Shown: positions 17,727-27,461, counted from the stretch's first letter. The stretch is 64,000 bases of DNA from an uncultured virus (IMG/VR IMGVR_UViG_3300049460_000260) (IMGVR_UViG_3300049460_000260); one strand, 5' to 3'. Notes: generated from the letters alone by a model not told the origin. Numbers and translations: made by a program.

Positions 17727-18251
17727 ATGCCGCAATTCAAAATCGAACAGATCGCGCTGTATCCGGAAAACTCCGTGCGCGCTCGCGCCTTCCTCGCAAA
17801 GCTGGGGATGTCGGAGTGGTTCCACGACGATGTGGTGGCACGCGGCTCTGTCTTTACGGAGAAGGACTGCGAGAACACCGCGCATTTGGCCTTCAACTAC
17901 CAGGCTGGCAATGGTTCGGACGCCGACGCTGCGAAACCTCTGGAACTCGAAATTCTCGATTACCGGGAAGGCGAGAACTGGATGGACGTGATGACCGACA
18001 GCGGCGAGGTCGGCTGGCCTGGTGCGGTCAGTCATCTGGGTATGCACGTCACCGAAGAGCAGCTGATCGAGTTCGATCAAGTCATGCGTGATGAGTCCAT
18101 CGAGATCGCGCAGAGCGTCGTCACGCAATCGCACACGAACCTGGCCATCAAGGACTCGCGCCGTTACAAGTACGTCATCTATGACACGCGCTTCCTGATC
18201 GGCGTGGACCTCAAGTTTATTGTGCGTCTGCCGTACAGTCCGGCCCAGTAA
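17727..18251 (+). CDS. VOC/glyoxalase-superfamily protein (methylmalonyl-CoA epimerase-like)
   Basis: IEQIAL, LELEIL, SHLGMHV, YDTRFLIGVDLKFI pattern of paired beta-alpha-beta-beta-beta modules. Confidence 0.7.
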   Translation: MPQFKIEQIALYPENSVRARAFLAKLGMSEWFHDDVVARGSVFTEKDCENTAHLAFNYQAGNGSDADAAKPLELEILDYREGENWMDVMTDSGEVGWPGAVSHLGMHVTEEQLIEFDQVMRDESIEIAQSVVTQSHTNLAIKDSRRYKYVIYDTRFLIGVDLKFIVRLPYSPAQ

Positions 18252-18254
18252 AAT

Positions 18255-18402
18255 AGGCCCGTACCGTCTACTTCAAAGACAGCCAAGGTACGATGCGCCT
18301 TCCACGGATACTGGCCAGAGCCACCCACCCGTTGTCGGTTCGGCTCTGGCTCTCAGCCGTAATCCGTTTGCCCAAGGAGCCGCGACCAGTTCGCGGCTTT
18401 TT
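18255..18402 (+). ncRNA. candidate structured small RNA ending in an intrinsic terminator
   Basis: TAAAAT at 18249-18254, several complementary stems, AGCCGCGA/TCGCGGCT-TTTT terminator. Confidence 0.4.
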
Positions 18403-18425
18403 GTTATCCACAGAAAGGAAATAGA

Positions 18426-19043
18426 ATGCGAAGCCCTCATTCATTGAGTGCGAGGAAGTCGGTTAAGTTCGATGGAATCGGTTTGCTTGACGTTGAAGAC
18501 CGCGATGTGACGAAAGAGCCTGAATACAGAGTCTGGGTTGATGCTCTTTCTCGTTGCTATCCGCCCAACTGGGAGCGGGAAAAGTTGCGTTCGTACGAAG
18601 GAGCGACTATTGGCGAATCATTCCGCCGATACTCTGATTTTTATGCTTGGTTCCACGCGCGTTATTTCCCCGGTTGCAATCTCGACAAGGACATAAAGGA
18701 GCGCGACAACAAGGTGTATTCCGCAGAAACATGCTTGTCCGTCTCGTCCAGAGCCAACAAGGCATTTCAACTGAAGCGTCGCGATGGCCTCCTGCCTCAC
18801 GGAGTCAAGGCGCGGCCATGCGGCAAGTTCGCCGCGACTGTCTTCAATCTCGATGGAACCTACAGCGCGCGAAATTTCAGTTCACCTAATGAAGCGCACA
18901 GGTGCTGGCAGCGGTCGAAGGCCGATTTGCTCATTCATTTGAGCAAATCCGAAAGTGAAGAAGCGTCTGGATTCATCGTCTTTCGCGCTATGCTCTTGAG
19001 AGCGGACGCAGAACAAACGCGTTTCACAACGGAGTGTCTTTGA
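18426..19043 (+). CDS. free-standing HNH-type homing endonuclease
   Basis: YRVW...SRCY, LDKDI..DNKVYSAETC..V, LPHGV motifs. Confidence 0.75.
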   Translation: MRSPHSLSARKSVKFDGIGLLDVEDRDVTKEPEYRVWVDALSRCYPPNWEREKLRSYEGATIGESFRRYSDFYAWFHARYFPGCNLDKDIKERDNKVYSAETCLSVSSRANKAFQLKRRDGLLPHGVKARPCGKFAATVFNLDGTYSARNFSSPNEAHRCWQRSKADLLIHLSKSESEEASGFIVFRAMLLRADAEQTRFTTECL

Positions 19044-19044
19044 T

Positions 19045-19605
19045 ATGTTATTCGCAGTGTACGATACTGAAACTACCGGGTTGCCATTTCACCCAGATGC
19101 CGACTTGAACAAGCAACCAAGAATGATCGAATTCGGTGGCATCATTACTGACGGCGAATCCATTCTCGAAGAGTTGGAGTTCATCTGCAACCCTGGCGTC
19201 TTGATCGAGCCGATCATCACCGAGATCACCGGGCTGACCAACGACGACCTCGCGGACAAGCCACCGTTCAAGCATTTCCTTCCGCAGCTGGCGAACTACT
19301 TCAACAGTGCGCGTGGTCGAATTGCCCACAACCTATCCTTCGATAAGGGCATCCTCACATTCGATCTCCAACGCCTTGGGCTGGCGCTCGCGGCTGTCAA
19401 TTGGCACGGACCGGAAGGCAACGCTATCGAAATCTGTACGGTGGAGCAGACGTTCCACATGTACGGAAAGCGAATGAGATTGCAAGACCTGTACTCGATT
19501 CATTTTGGAGCATGGCAACAGCGCCACCGCGCTCTTGATGACGTTTTGAAGTTGCACGAGGTTGCCAAAAAGGAAGGTGTCTATGAGGCATTCCGGAATG
19601 CGTGA
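19045..19605 (+). CDS. dnaQ: DEDDh 3'-5' exonuclease (Pol III epsilon-like)
   Basis: YDTETTG, AHNLSFD, HRALDD. Confidence 0.9.
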   Translation: MLFAVYDTETTGLPFHPDADLNKQPRMIEFGGIITDGESILEELEFICNPGVLIEPIITEITGLTNDDLADKPPFKHFLPQLANYFNSARGRIAHNLSFDKGILTFDLQRLGLALAAVNWHGPEGNAIEICTVEQTFHMYGKRMRLQDLYSIHFGAWQQRHRALDDVLKLHEVAKKEGVYEAFRNA

Positions 19606-20218
19606 CATCCCAGGAACTTCAGGATACTATGAGATGGACGAAGGTGGAAACATCTTCACCAAAGCCAGATCCATAACCGACTCGCTTTGTCGCACGCGAC
19701 ACCTAAAGCCGCGACCGGTCGCAAAACAAAATGGCGGAAAGGGAGTTTATTTGCATCTGCCTGATTCTGTCCGAAGTGTATCGGTATCAACGCTTTTGCG
19801 AGAAACCTTCCCAGAATCTGTGACGCCCGTTTATTCTGAAGACGGTGAAGAGTGGCGCGTCATTCCCGGTTGGCATGGATACGAGGCAAGCTCCTTCGGA
19901 CGCTTGAAGCGACTTGAGCGTAAAGTATGGAATGGGCACGGCGAGTTTGTTTTGCCAGAGATTCTTCTGTGCCCAACCGAAAACCAAGATGGATATTTGA
20001 CCGTCCAACTTAATGACGGTGAGCGGACGGCATCCTTCATGGTCCACAGGCTTGTCGCAATGACCTTCCACCGTCTTGGTGGGGCAGAAGAAGAGGTGAA
20101 TCACAAAGACTTTGACCGCCTAAATAACCACAAAGACAATCTTGAATGGTTGACGCATGTGGCAAATGTCGAATATTCAAGAGAAGCAGGGAACTACAAA
20201 AAGGAGTCCGTAGTATGA
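19598..20218 (+). CDS. NUMOD4-HNH homing endonuclease
   Basis: EEWRVIPGWHGYEASSFGR; VHRLVA...VNHKDFDRLNNHKDNLEW. Confidence 0.85.
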   Translation: MRDIPGTSGYYEMDEGGNIFTKARSITDSLCRTRHLKPRPVAKQNGGKGVYLHLPDSVRSVSVSTLLRETFPESVTPVYSEDGEEWRVIPGWHGYEASSFGRLKRLERKVWNGHGEFVLPEILLCPTENQDGYLTVQLNDGERTASFMVHRLVAMTFHRLGGAEEEVNHKDFDRLNNHKDNLEWLTHVANVEYSREAGNYKKESVV

Positions 20219-23064
20219 CGATGCCGCAACTGCGTGTCCGCAGTGGATATTCCTACCGTAACGCGTACGGTAGACACCCGGAAATCGTCGCGCGCCTAAA
20301 GGAGATCGGCTGCACCAGCGCCGCGCTCGTTGACGCAGGGACTTGGGGCCATGTACGCTTCGAAGCCGCGACGAAGAAGGCCGATATCAAGCCTATGTTC
20401 GGCATGGAGATTCCAGTGCTGACGCTGGACGAGAACGGCGAGGCAGTAGGCTTTAAGCCGGTCGCCTGGGTGCTGGCAACCGATACCAAGAAGTTCTACA
20501 ACCTGACGACAAAGAGCGTGGCGCAAAAGGGGTTGACCGTTGAAGACATTGTCAAGGCTGAAGGCGTTCTCCGATTCTGTGGCGGCGCTCATGCGCTGTC
20601 TTTCGACGCCTACGATTATGTGGATGTCAATCCGTCTTCGTACCTGCACGCGCACAAGGCCGTCCAACTCGCGCGGCGTACCGGCAAGCCGATGGTTATC
20701 ACATCTTACAACGACATGCCGGACCCGAAGCAGAAACGGTTCGCGTATGCTTGGGAAGTTCGTGACTCTGTCGGAATGCGCCATATAGCGTCGGAAGACG
20801 AGATTTGGAGCCAGGTGCAGCACGTGATGACGCGGGCGGAGTTCAACGCTGCCGTAGAAGCCACGCATTTGGTCGCGGAACGGCTGGATGGAGTAGGACT
20901 CCAGAAGGCACCGCTGATCCACCTAGAAGGCGATCTAATAGCACTAGCGCGCGAAGGGCAGGTCAGCCGCCTGTCACGCGGGCACATTCCTGAATGGACA
21001 GAAGAGTATGAAGCGCGCTTTGTTATGGAGATCGAACAGATCCAGCACAAGAAGTTTGATTCATACTTTCTTGTGGTTTCTGATCTGGTTAGGTACGCGA
21101 AGGAGCATATGCTGGTTGGTCCCGCTCGCGGCTCATCGGCAGGCTCGCTGGTGTGCTATCTGCTCGGAATCACCGAAGTTGACCCGATTCCGCATGACCT
21201 TCTTTTCCAACGGTTCATCGATATCAGCCGTGCTGACCTTCCAGACATCGACATCGATTTTACAGATACGAAGCGCCACTTAGTCTTCGAGTACCTGCAA
21301 AACAAGTACGGCGCGGCGAACGTCGCGAAGTTGGGCAACATCAACACGCTTCAGGCCAACTCTGTGATGGCGCAGGTCGGCAAACGTTTCGGAGTCCCGT
21401 ACAGTGAAACGGCAAACGTCAAGAACGCACTCATCGTCTACTCTTCTGGCGATGCTCGCTATGGCAAGGGATTGCAAGACACCTTCGACGGCACGGAGCC
21501 TGGCCGCGAGTTCATGCGTCGATTCCCGGAGGCTGCAGAGTGCATGGGAGACTTGGAAATCCACCCGTCTCACACTGGAGTACACGCCGCCGGCATTCTC
21601 GTCTGTAACGACCCTGTCAGCGACTACTGCACGGTCAATGTCGAAGGAGTGGCTCAGATCGATAAGCCAGACTCCGAGTATCTTAACCTGCTCAAAATCG
21701 ACGCGCTCGGACTCCGAACGCTTGGCATCATCGAAGACTCTGGTGTGGTCACAGCAGAACAACTGTTTTCTCTTAAACTCGATGACCCAGAAGTCTTCCG
21801 AGTCATCAATGAAGACCGAGTCAGCGGCATCTTCCAGTTTGAAGGCGATGCAGTCCGGTCTGTTACGCGCTCTGTTAATGTCGATCGATTCTCCAAGATC
21901 GATAACCTGACGGCGTTGGCGCGGCCTGGACCGCTCGCGTCCGGTATGGCACAGAAATACATTGCACGCGCGGCAGGCAAGGAGCCAGTAACGTACGATG
22001 TGCCGCAGCTGGAGAAGTACCTAAAGGACACATATGGCGTCTTCTTGTACCAAGAGCAGATCATGTCAGTCGTTAAGGAAATTGGCCTATTCGACTGGGT
22101 TAAAACATCTGCCGTACGTAAAGCGATGTCAGGCCGTAAGGGAGAAGAGTACTTCAATAAGATGGGTGAAGACTTCGTTGCAGGCGCGACTTCCCAAGGA
22201 GTGCCCATCGATCAAGCTAAGAAAATCTGGCAAGAGATGGTTACTTTCGGGTCATGGGGGTTCAATAAGTCTCACTCCGTTAGTTATGCTGTCGTCACGT
22301 ATTGGACGTGCTGGCTCAAGCGATACCACAAGCTTGAGTTTGCTGCTGCGTGCCTTCGTGCCGCGAAAGACGACGAGCAAACTATTGCGATCTTACGAGA
22401 ACTCGCGAAGGAAGGCGTCAGCTACACGCCGATTGATCCTGACTATTCGGATATGCACTGGAAAGTCGCGGATGGACGACTTATTGGCGGCATCCAGAAT
22501 GCAAAAGGCTTCGGACCGGTCAAGGCGCTTAAATATGTTCAAGCGCGAGAGAAGTGGGTTGCTCAGGTTGCACTCGGACCGCTGAACAAGAAGGACTCCA
22601 AAGCGTACGCGAAGCACCTGGAGTCACTGGCAAAGGCAGAAGTCCAGTTCCAAGACCTCGCAGAAGCACACACTAAGTGGGGTCACTTCTACCGTGAGCC
22701 GCGCCTGGTCGGCGTAACGTCCGGTAATCCTATCATCCAGATGAAGGAGTGCGGCGACCGCGACGAATGTCTGGTGATCGCTAAGTTGACCAAAAAGATT
22801 CTGGCAGACGAGAACGAAGCCATTCGCATCAAGAAGCGTGGCGGCAAGGTTATGAAGGGGCCAACCCAGTTCATCGACTTGATGATGGTGGACGACTCCA
22901 CCGACTCGCCAATGCGGTTCCGCGTCCGTCCGGACAAGTACGAACAACACGGCAGGCCGATTGCAGAGACGGCACCTATAGGAAGCTGGTTTTTGCTACG
23001 CGCGTGGAAAATCTCAGGCATCGATATGATGATTGTGAAGAACATAAAGAGAATCGACGAATGA
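20215..23064 (+). CDS. dnaE: DNA polymerase III alpha subunit (family C)
   Basis: GPARGSSAGSLV, PDIDIDF, HAAG, LLKIDALGL, YQEQIM, FNKSHS. Confidence 0.95.
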   Translation: MTMPQLRVRSGYSYRNAYGRHPEIVARLKEIGCTSAALVDAGTWGHVRFEAATKKADIKPMFGMEIPVLTLDENGEAVGFKPVAWVLATDTKKFYNLTTKSVAQKGLTVEDIVKAEGVLRFCGGAHALSFDAYDYVDVNPSSYLHAHKAVQLARRTGKPMVITSYNDMPDPKQKRFAYAWEVRDSVGMRHIASEDEIWSQVQHVMTRAEFNAAVEATHLVAERLDGVGLQKAPLIHLEGDLIALAREGQVSRLSRGHIPEWTEEYEARFVMEIEQIQHKKFDSYFLVVSDLVRYAKEHMLVGPARGSSAGSLVCYLLGITEVDPIPHDLLFQRFIDISRADLPDIDIDFTDTKRHLVFEYLQNKYGAANVAKLGNINTLQANSVMAQVGKRFGVPYSETANVKNALIVYSSGDARYGKGLQDTFDGTEPGREFMRRFPEAAECMGDLEIHPSHTGVHAAGILVCNDPVSDYCTVNVEGVAQIDKPDSEYLNLLKIDALGLRTLGIIEDSGVVTAEQLFSLKLDDPEVFRVINEDRVSGIFQFEGDAVRSVTRSVNVDRFSKIDNLTALARPGPLASGMAQKYIARAAGKEPVTYDVPQLEKYLKDTYGVFLYQEQIMSVVKEIGLFDWVKTSAVRKAMSGRKGEEYFNKMGEDFVAGATSQGVPIDQAKKIWQEMVTFGSWGFNKSHSVSYAVVTYWTCWLKRYHKLEFAAACLRAAKDDEQTIAILRELAKEGVSYTPIDPDYSDMHWKVADGRLIGGIQNAKGFGPVKALKYVQAREKWVAQVALGPLNKKDSKAYAKHLESLAKAEVQFQDLAEAHTKWGHFYREPRLVGVTSGNPIIQMKECGDRDECLVIAKLTKKILADENEAIRIKKRGGKVMKGPTQFIDLMMVDDSTDSPMRFRVRPDKYEQHGRPIAETAPIGSWFLLRAWKISGIDMMIVKNIKRIDE

Positions 23065-23624
23065 CCATAATTCATGGAGTCGGTATCAACGATGCCGACT
23101 ATAAAAGCCTGAAACGGTGCCCTTTCTATAAGCGCTGGGTCAACCTGATCGGACGCTGCTATGGCGGACACGAACCAGACTATGAAGACTGTTCCGTCTG
23201 CGAGGATTGGCTGACGTTCTCCAAGTTCCGAGCATGGATGGAGACGCAAAAATGGCGCGGGCAGGAGTTGGACAAGGACATTCTTGTTTTTGGCAACAAA
23301 ATATACTCGCCGGAAACGTGCGTGTTCATTCCTATGCCTCTGAATAAACTATTCAGGAAGTATCCAGCAAACAAGTCCGGCCTGCCGCGTGGCGTATCGA
23401 AGCAGACGCGTTACGTCGCTTTAGCAATCATAAACGGAGCGCGCGTTGAACTTGGACGGTTTGACGATCCTATGGACGCCCATATCGCGTGGCTGAGGTC
23501 GCGCCATCTTACTGTCATCGGTGTCGCAAACACGTACAAGGGCAAGCTGCGCGATGCTCTCCTTTGGCGCGCAGAACGAATCCTTGACCACATCAACCGG
23601 CGCGAGCCTTTGGAGCAAATATGA
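23061..23624 (+). CDS. free-standing HNH-type homing endonuclease
   Basis: GVGIND, YKRW...RCY, ELDKDIL..GNKIYSPETCVF, LPRGV. Confidence 0.8.
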   Translation: MTIIHGVGINDADYKSLKRCPFYKRWVNLIGRCYGGHEPDYEDCSVCEDWLTFSKFRAWMETQKWRGQELDKDILVFGNKIYSPETCVFIPMPLNKLFRKYPANKSGLPRGVSKQTRYVALAIINGARVELGRFDDPMDAHIAWLRSRHLTVIGVANTYKGKLRDALLWRAERILDHINRREPLEQI

Positions 23625-24037
23625 CCCGCCAACGCGAACAGAAATCGTGGGACACCTTCAGCAAAGGCCTGGATCCACGTCAAGCGAAGCCGTTCCGCAT
23701 CGAGAACCTGTACAGCGGTGACGGGATGCCGGACGTACTCCTAATCAACCGGCGCGGCACCGTCTTCTGGATCGAGAACAAGGCAATCGAGAAGTGGCCT
23801 GCGCGAGCGACCACGCTGCCGTTGCGCGATGCCTTCGAGCCGGGTCAACTCGCCTTCCAGCGGCAGTGGAGAGAGTGGCACGGTATCGCCTTCACGCTGC
23901 TCCGTGCTGGGCTGGATTACTACCTTCTGGACCCTGACGAACCGCTGGACAAGCTGACGCGCGAGGAACTGATCAGCCGCGCCACGGTGATGCACGGTAA
24001 GATTGAAATCTGCACCTATCTGGAGAATTTGAAGTGA
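23621..24037 (+). CDS. VRR-NUC / PD-(D/E)XK nuclease (resolvase-like)
   Basis: GMPDV...WIENK...PGQLAFQ. Confidence 0.75.
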   Translation: MTRQREQKSWDTFSKGLDPRQAKPFRIENLYSGDGMPDVLLINRRGTVFWIENKAIEKWPARATTLPLRDAFEPGQLAFQRQWREWHGIAFTLLRAGLDYYLLDPDEPLDKLTREELISRATVMHGKIEICTYLENLK

Positions 24038-25512
24038 AGACGAAGCCGATGAATCACCAGGTCACATACCTGGAGCGCTCGGAAGGAAAGCGCAACTTCG
24101 CTATCCTCGCGGAGCAGGGCACCGGCAAGTCGTGGATGTTGTTGGCGGACGCAGAGCGCGCGTTCATGGCCGGTAAGATCGAAGCGCTCATCATTTGGGC
24201 ACCGAAAGGAGTCCATAGCAATTGGGTGCTGCGCGAGATTCCAAAGCACCTATCGGTCCCGACCGTTTGCTATGCGTGGAGCGGTCCCGTTAAGACCAAG
24301 AGGCAGAAGGCCGCGTTCGACAAACTGAACACGCCTAATCACCGCTTCGAGCGTCCGACTCTACGCGTGCTAACGATTAACTTCGAAGCGATGTTGCAGG
24401 AGAACGCACGCGACGTTGTGGACGAGTTCTTGGCCAAGTACGTGACCATGGGCGCGGTTGACGAGTCCAAAAAGATCGGCAACCCGGATGCGAAGCGAAC
24501 GAAGTACATCATCAAGGCCGGTCGCGCGGCAATCGCTCGCCGCATTCTTTCCGGCAAGCCGCTGACCAAAGCGCCGATGGACTTGTACAGCCAATTCGAC
24601 TTCCTGAAGCCTGGTCTTTTGGGCACGACTTCTTACCGCGCATTTGTGGCAGAATACGCTGTCCTGCTGGATCCAAAGTCGCCTAAGATGCAAGGGCTCA
24701 TCCGCAAGATGGGACCCAAGGCAGCATTCGCGCAAGTGGTGGATACGGACGACCTTGGCAACAAGAAGTATCAGAACCTGGACAAGCTCGCGGCCATGAT
24801 CGCGCCGCACATGTATCGGGTCCGTAAAGACGAATGCCTGGACCTTCCTCCAAAGGTCTATGAGCCGGTCTATTTTGACCTGTCCGATGAGCAGCGCGCT
24901 CTGTATGACAAGCTGAAGGGTGAGTTGGCGTACACGTCGCGCACGGAAGGCGAGATGTCATTCCAGGCGATCGCCGCGCGCTCGAAGATGAAGCAGGTGA
25001 CATCCGGATTCGTGAACGTGTACGGAGAGCCTGAGCTCATCAATCCGGATAGCAACCCGCGCATGGAGGCGTTCCTGGATGTTGTGGACGACCTGGAAGG
25101 ACAGTTCATCGTATGGGCGATCTATCGCCACGAGATCGAGCAGATTGTCAAGGTGCTCGGTGAACAGGGAATCTCCTGCGTCGAATACCACGGTGGGATC
25201 AAGGACGACGCGCGAGAGATCGCGGTTGACTCCTTCCAGGCCGGTCAGGTTCGCGCGTTTGTGTGCAATAAGGCCGCTTACGCTGGGTTGACGCTTACTG
25301 CCGCGCGCACGTCGATCTACTTCAGCTGCGACTACGATAATGACGTGCGCGGCCAGTCGGAAGACCGCAATCACCGGATTGGCACGACAGGCCCGGTGCT
25401 GTACGTTGACCTTATCGCAAGGGATACGATGGACGAGGATATCGCTCGCAACCTTGCGGTCAAGGATGCCATTGCTGACCATATCATCGATGGCATGCCG
25501 ATGACGATCTAA
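24034..25512 (+). CDS. SNF2-family helicase
   Basis: EQGTGKS, VDES, GLTLTAA, QSEDRNHRIG. Confidence 0.9.
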   Translation: MKTKPMNHQVTYLERSEGKRNFAILAEQGTGKSWMLLADAERAFMAGKIEALIIWAPKGVHSNWVLREIPKHLSVPTVCYAWSGPVKTKRQKAAFDKLNTPNHRFERPTLRVLTINFEAMLQENARDVVDEFLAKYVTMGAVDESKKIGNPDAKRTKYIIKAGRAAIARRILSGKPLTKAPMDLYSQFDFLKPGLLGTTSYRAFVAEYAVLLDPKSPKMQGLIRKMGPKAAFAQVVDTDDLGNKKYQNLDKLAAMIAPHMYRVRKDECLDLPPKVYEPVYFDLSDEQRALYDKLKGELAYTSRTEGEMSFQAIAARSKMKQVTSGFVNVYGEPELINPDSNPRMEAFLDVVDDLEGQFIVWAIYRHEIEQIVKVLGEQGISCVEYHGGIKDDAREIAVDSFQAGQVRAFVCNKAAYAGLTLTAARTSIYFSCDYDNDVRGQSEDRNHRIGTTGPVLYVDLIARDTMDEDIARNLAVKDAIADHIIDGMPMTI

Positions 25513-25566
25513 CGTCACCGCGTTACGCGATAATTGCGTCAACTGAAACGAGAAAGGAAGAAAGAG

Positions 25567-25902
25567 ATGTCACGAGTTTTTATCCCGCAACTGGTCGAGC
25601 GCTACGACCGCGCTTCTGGTGGCTTCGTACCGGTTCACGACTTCAGCAGCGCGGCTGAGTTCGGCGCGCTCACAGCGATCCTTCCGAAAGACGCAGACCC
25701 GTTGTTTTTGACGGACCACGTGCAGGCGATTAACGCCGCGCTCAAGGGGTTCATTCCGTCGCTGGACTACTTTGTCGCGGTCGGTGATCCGTCCATCATC
25801 GCTGTTTGCGCAGGCATCCTTCTGCGTGAATGGACTTCGTTCCGCATGCTAAAGTGGGACAAGAAAATCAACCGCTACATCACACTGGAGATTTGCCCGT
25901 GA
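25567..25902 (+). CDS. conserved hypothetical protein
   Basis: AAAGGAAG RBS; GDP motif. Confidence 0.7.
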   Translation: MSRVFIPQLVERYDRASGGFVPVHDFSSAAEFGALTAILPKDADPLFLTDHVQAINAALKGFIPSLDYFVAVGDPSIIAVCAGILLREWTSFRMLKWDKKINRYITLEICP

Positions 25903-26480
25903 GCACGACCGAACAACCCGCAATCGACTTTTTCGAAGACCTGCCAGCCAACGAAGCGCCGGAACCGGCAACCCTGGCGCGACTCACCGAACTCGCACAG
26001 GAGTCGAAGCAGCTGGAGAAGGACATCAGCGCTGCCACCGTCGCGCTCGAAGAACTCAAGGGCAAGAACGACAAGATTCTCATGGTGAAGATTCCTGAGA
26101 TGATGGCCGCGCTCGGCATGGAAGAGTTCAAGCTGACGGACGGCTCCAAGATCACCGTCAAAGAAGACGTGAAGTGCGGCCTCTCGGAAGAGCGCAAACC
26201 GGTCGCGTTCGATTGGCTGCGTGAGAATCAGTTTGACGGCATCATCAAAACGGCAGTGTCGCTGTCGTTCGGCAAGGGCGAGCAGGAATCCGTCAAGAAG
26301 GCAATGGAGGCTTTGGCGGAAGCAGGCTTTGAACCCAGCGTCGGTGAGAACGTTCACCCGGCAACGCTCAAGTCGTTTGTCAAGGAGCAGCTGGAAGCGG
26401 GCACCAACATTCCGCTGGACGTATTCGGCGTGTATGAGTACAAGATCGCAAAAATTGCACTTCCGCGCACACGCAAGTAA
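25899..26480 (+). CDS. conserved phage replication-region protein
   Basis: GTG after GGAG; coiled coil then AFDWLRE..GIIK, VHPATLKSFVKEQ. Confidence 0.75.
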   Translation: MSTTEQPAIDFFEDLPANEAPEPATLARLTELAQESKQLEKDISAATVALEELKGKNDKILMVKIPEMMAALGMEEFKLTDGSKITVKEDVKCGLSEERKPVAFDWLRENQFDGIIKTAVSLSFGKGEQESVKKAMEALAEAGFEPSVGENVHPATLKSFVKEQLEAGTNIPLDVFGVYEYKIAKIALPRTRK

Positions 26481-26531
26481 GCGATAATTTCAACTGTAGC
26501 AAAACTTCTCTTAAACAGAAAGGAATTAGAA

Positions 26532-27389
26532 ATGGCTAAGACTCAACCGTCCACCGCAGTCGCAGAAGTTAAGCCGGGTGCGCTCATCGCTCCTGAGTTC
26601 ATGGACGCTGCAGACTTCGGCGCTGGCTTCGAAGGCGCGGACAAGGACTCGTATGCGATTCCCTTCTTGCAGATTCTGCAGAAGATGTCGCCGCTGGTGG
26701 ACGAAGACAGTCCCAAGCACGTCGAAGGCGCGAAGGCCGGACAGGTGTACAACACGGTCACGCAGAAATTCTATGACGTGCGCGAGAAGCCGATGCTGAT
26801 CGTGCCGTGCTCCTACAAGCGTTCGTTCATCCTGTGGGGTGCGCGCGACGAAGGGGGCGGCTTCAAGGGCGAAGTCACGCCGGATGAAATGGACGCGATC
26901 ATCGCGGCTGGCAAGACCGAAAACGTCGATGGCCGTCTGCTGGTCAAAGACGAGAAGGGCGAAGTCAACGCGAAGAAGTCGGACTTCTATGCCGATACGC
27001 GCTCGCACTACGTCATCGCAATCGATCCGGAAACCGGCGACCTGATGCCTGCGATCCTCTCGCTGGCGTCGTCGCAGATCAAAGCGTCCAAGATGCTCCT
27101 GACGATGCTCCAGCAGAAGAAGGTGGAAGTCGGCGGCGTTAAGCGTACGCCGCCGACCTTCGCGAACATGGTCAAGCTGACGACTATCGCGCAGAGCAAC
27201 GACAAGGGCAACTGGGCTGGCGTCAAGTTCGAACTCGACGGCCTGGTCAGCGACGTGAACCTGTACGCTGCGGCCAAGGAGTTCTACGCTGCTGTCAGCG
27301 CGGGCGAAGCGAAGGCCGATTACTCGAAGTCGGCGGATGCAGGCGATTCGGCTGTGTCCGGCGCTCCGACCGAAGCCGACAAGTTCTAA
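26532..27389 (+). CDS. putative single-stranded DNA-binding protein
   Basis: IPFLQILQKMSP motif, acidic C-terminus ending in Phe, replication context. Confidence 0.6.
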   Translation: MAKTQPSTAVAEVKPGALIAPEFMDAADFGAGFEGADKDSYAIPFLQILQKMSPLVDEDSPKHVEGAKAGQVYNTVTQKFYDVREKPMLIVPCSYKRSFILWGARDEGGGFKGEVTPDEMDAIIAAGKTENVDGRLLVKDEKGEVNAKKSDFYADTRSHYVIAIDPETGDLMPAILSLASSQIKASKMLLTMLQQKKVEVGGVKRTPPTFANMVKLTTIAQSNDKGNWAGVKFELDGLVSDVNLYAAAKEFYAAVSAGEAKADYSKSADAGDSAVSGAPTEADKF

Positions 27390-27408
27390 GGTTCGGCGTA
27401 GTATAGCG

Positions 27409-27431
27409 AGGCCCGTTCGCGGGCCTTTCTT
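27409..27431 (+). terminator. intrinsic terminator
   Basis: AGGCCCG-TTCG-CGGGCCT-TTCTT. Confidence 0.7.
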
Positions 27432-27461
27432 CCAATCCAACGTAATACTCGGAGTTTCAAT

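Noticed and set aside
18252..23624. Group I introns or inteins around the HNH genes or in dnaE
   Set aside because: dnaQ, dnaE and neighbours are complete, uninterrupted ORFs; no intein-like insertion or splice motif was seen.
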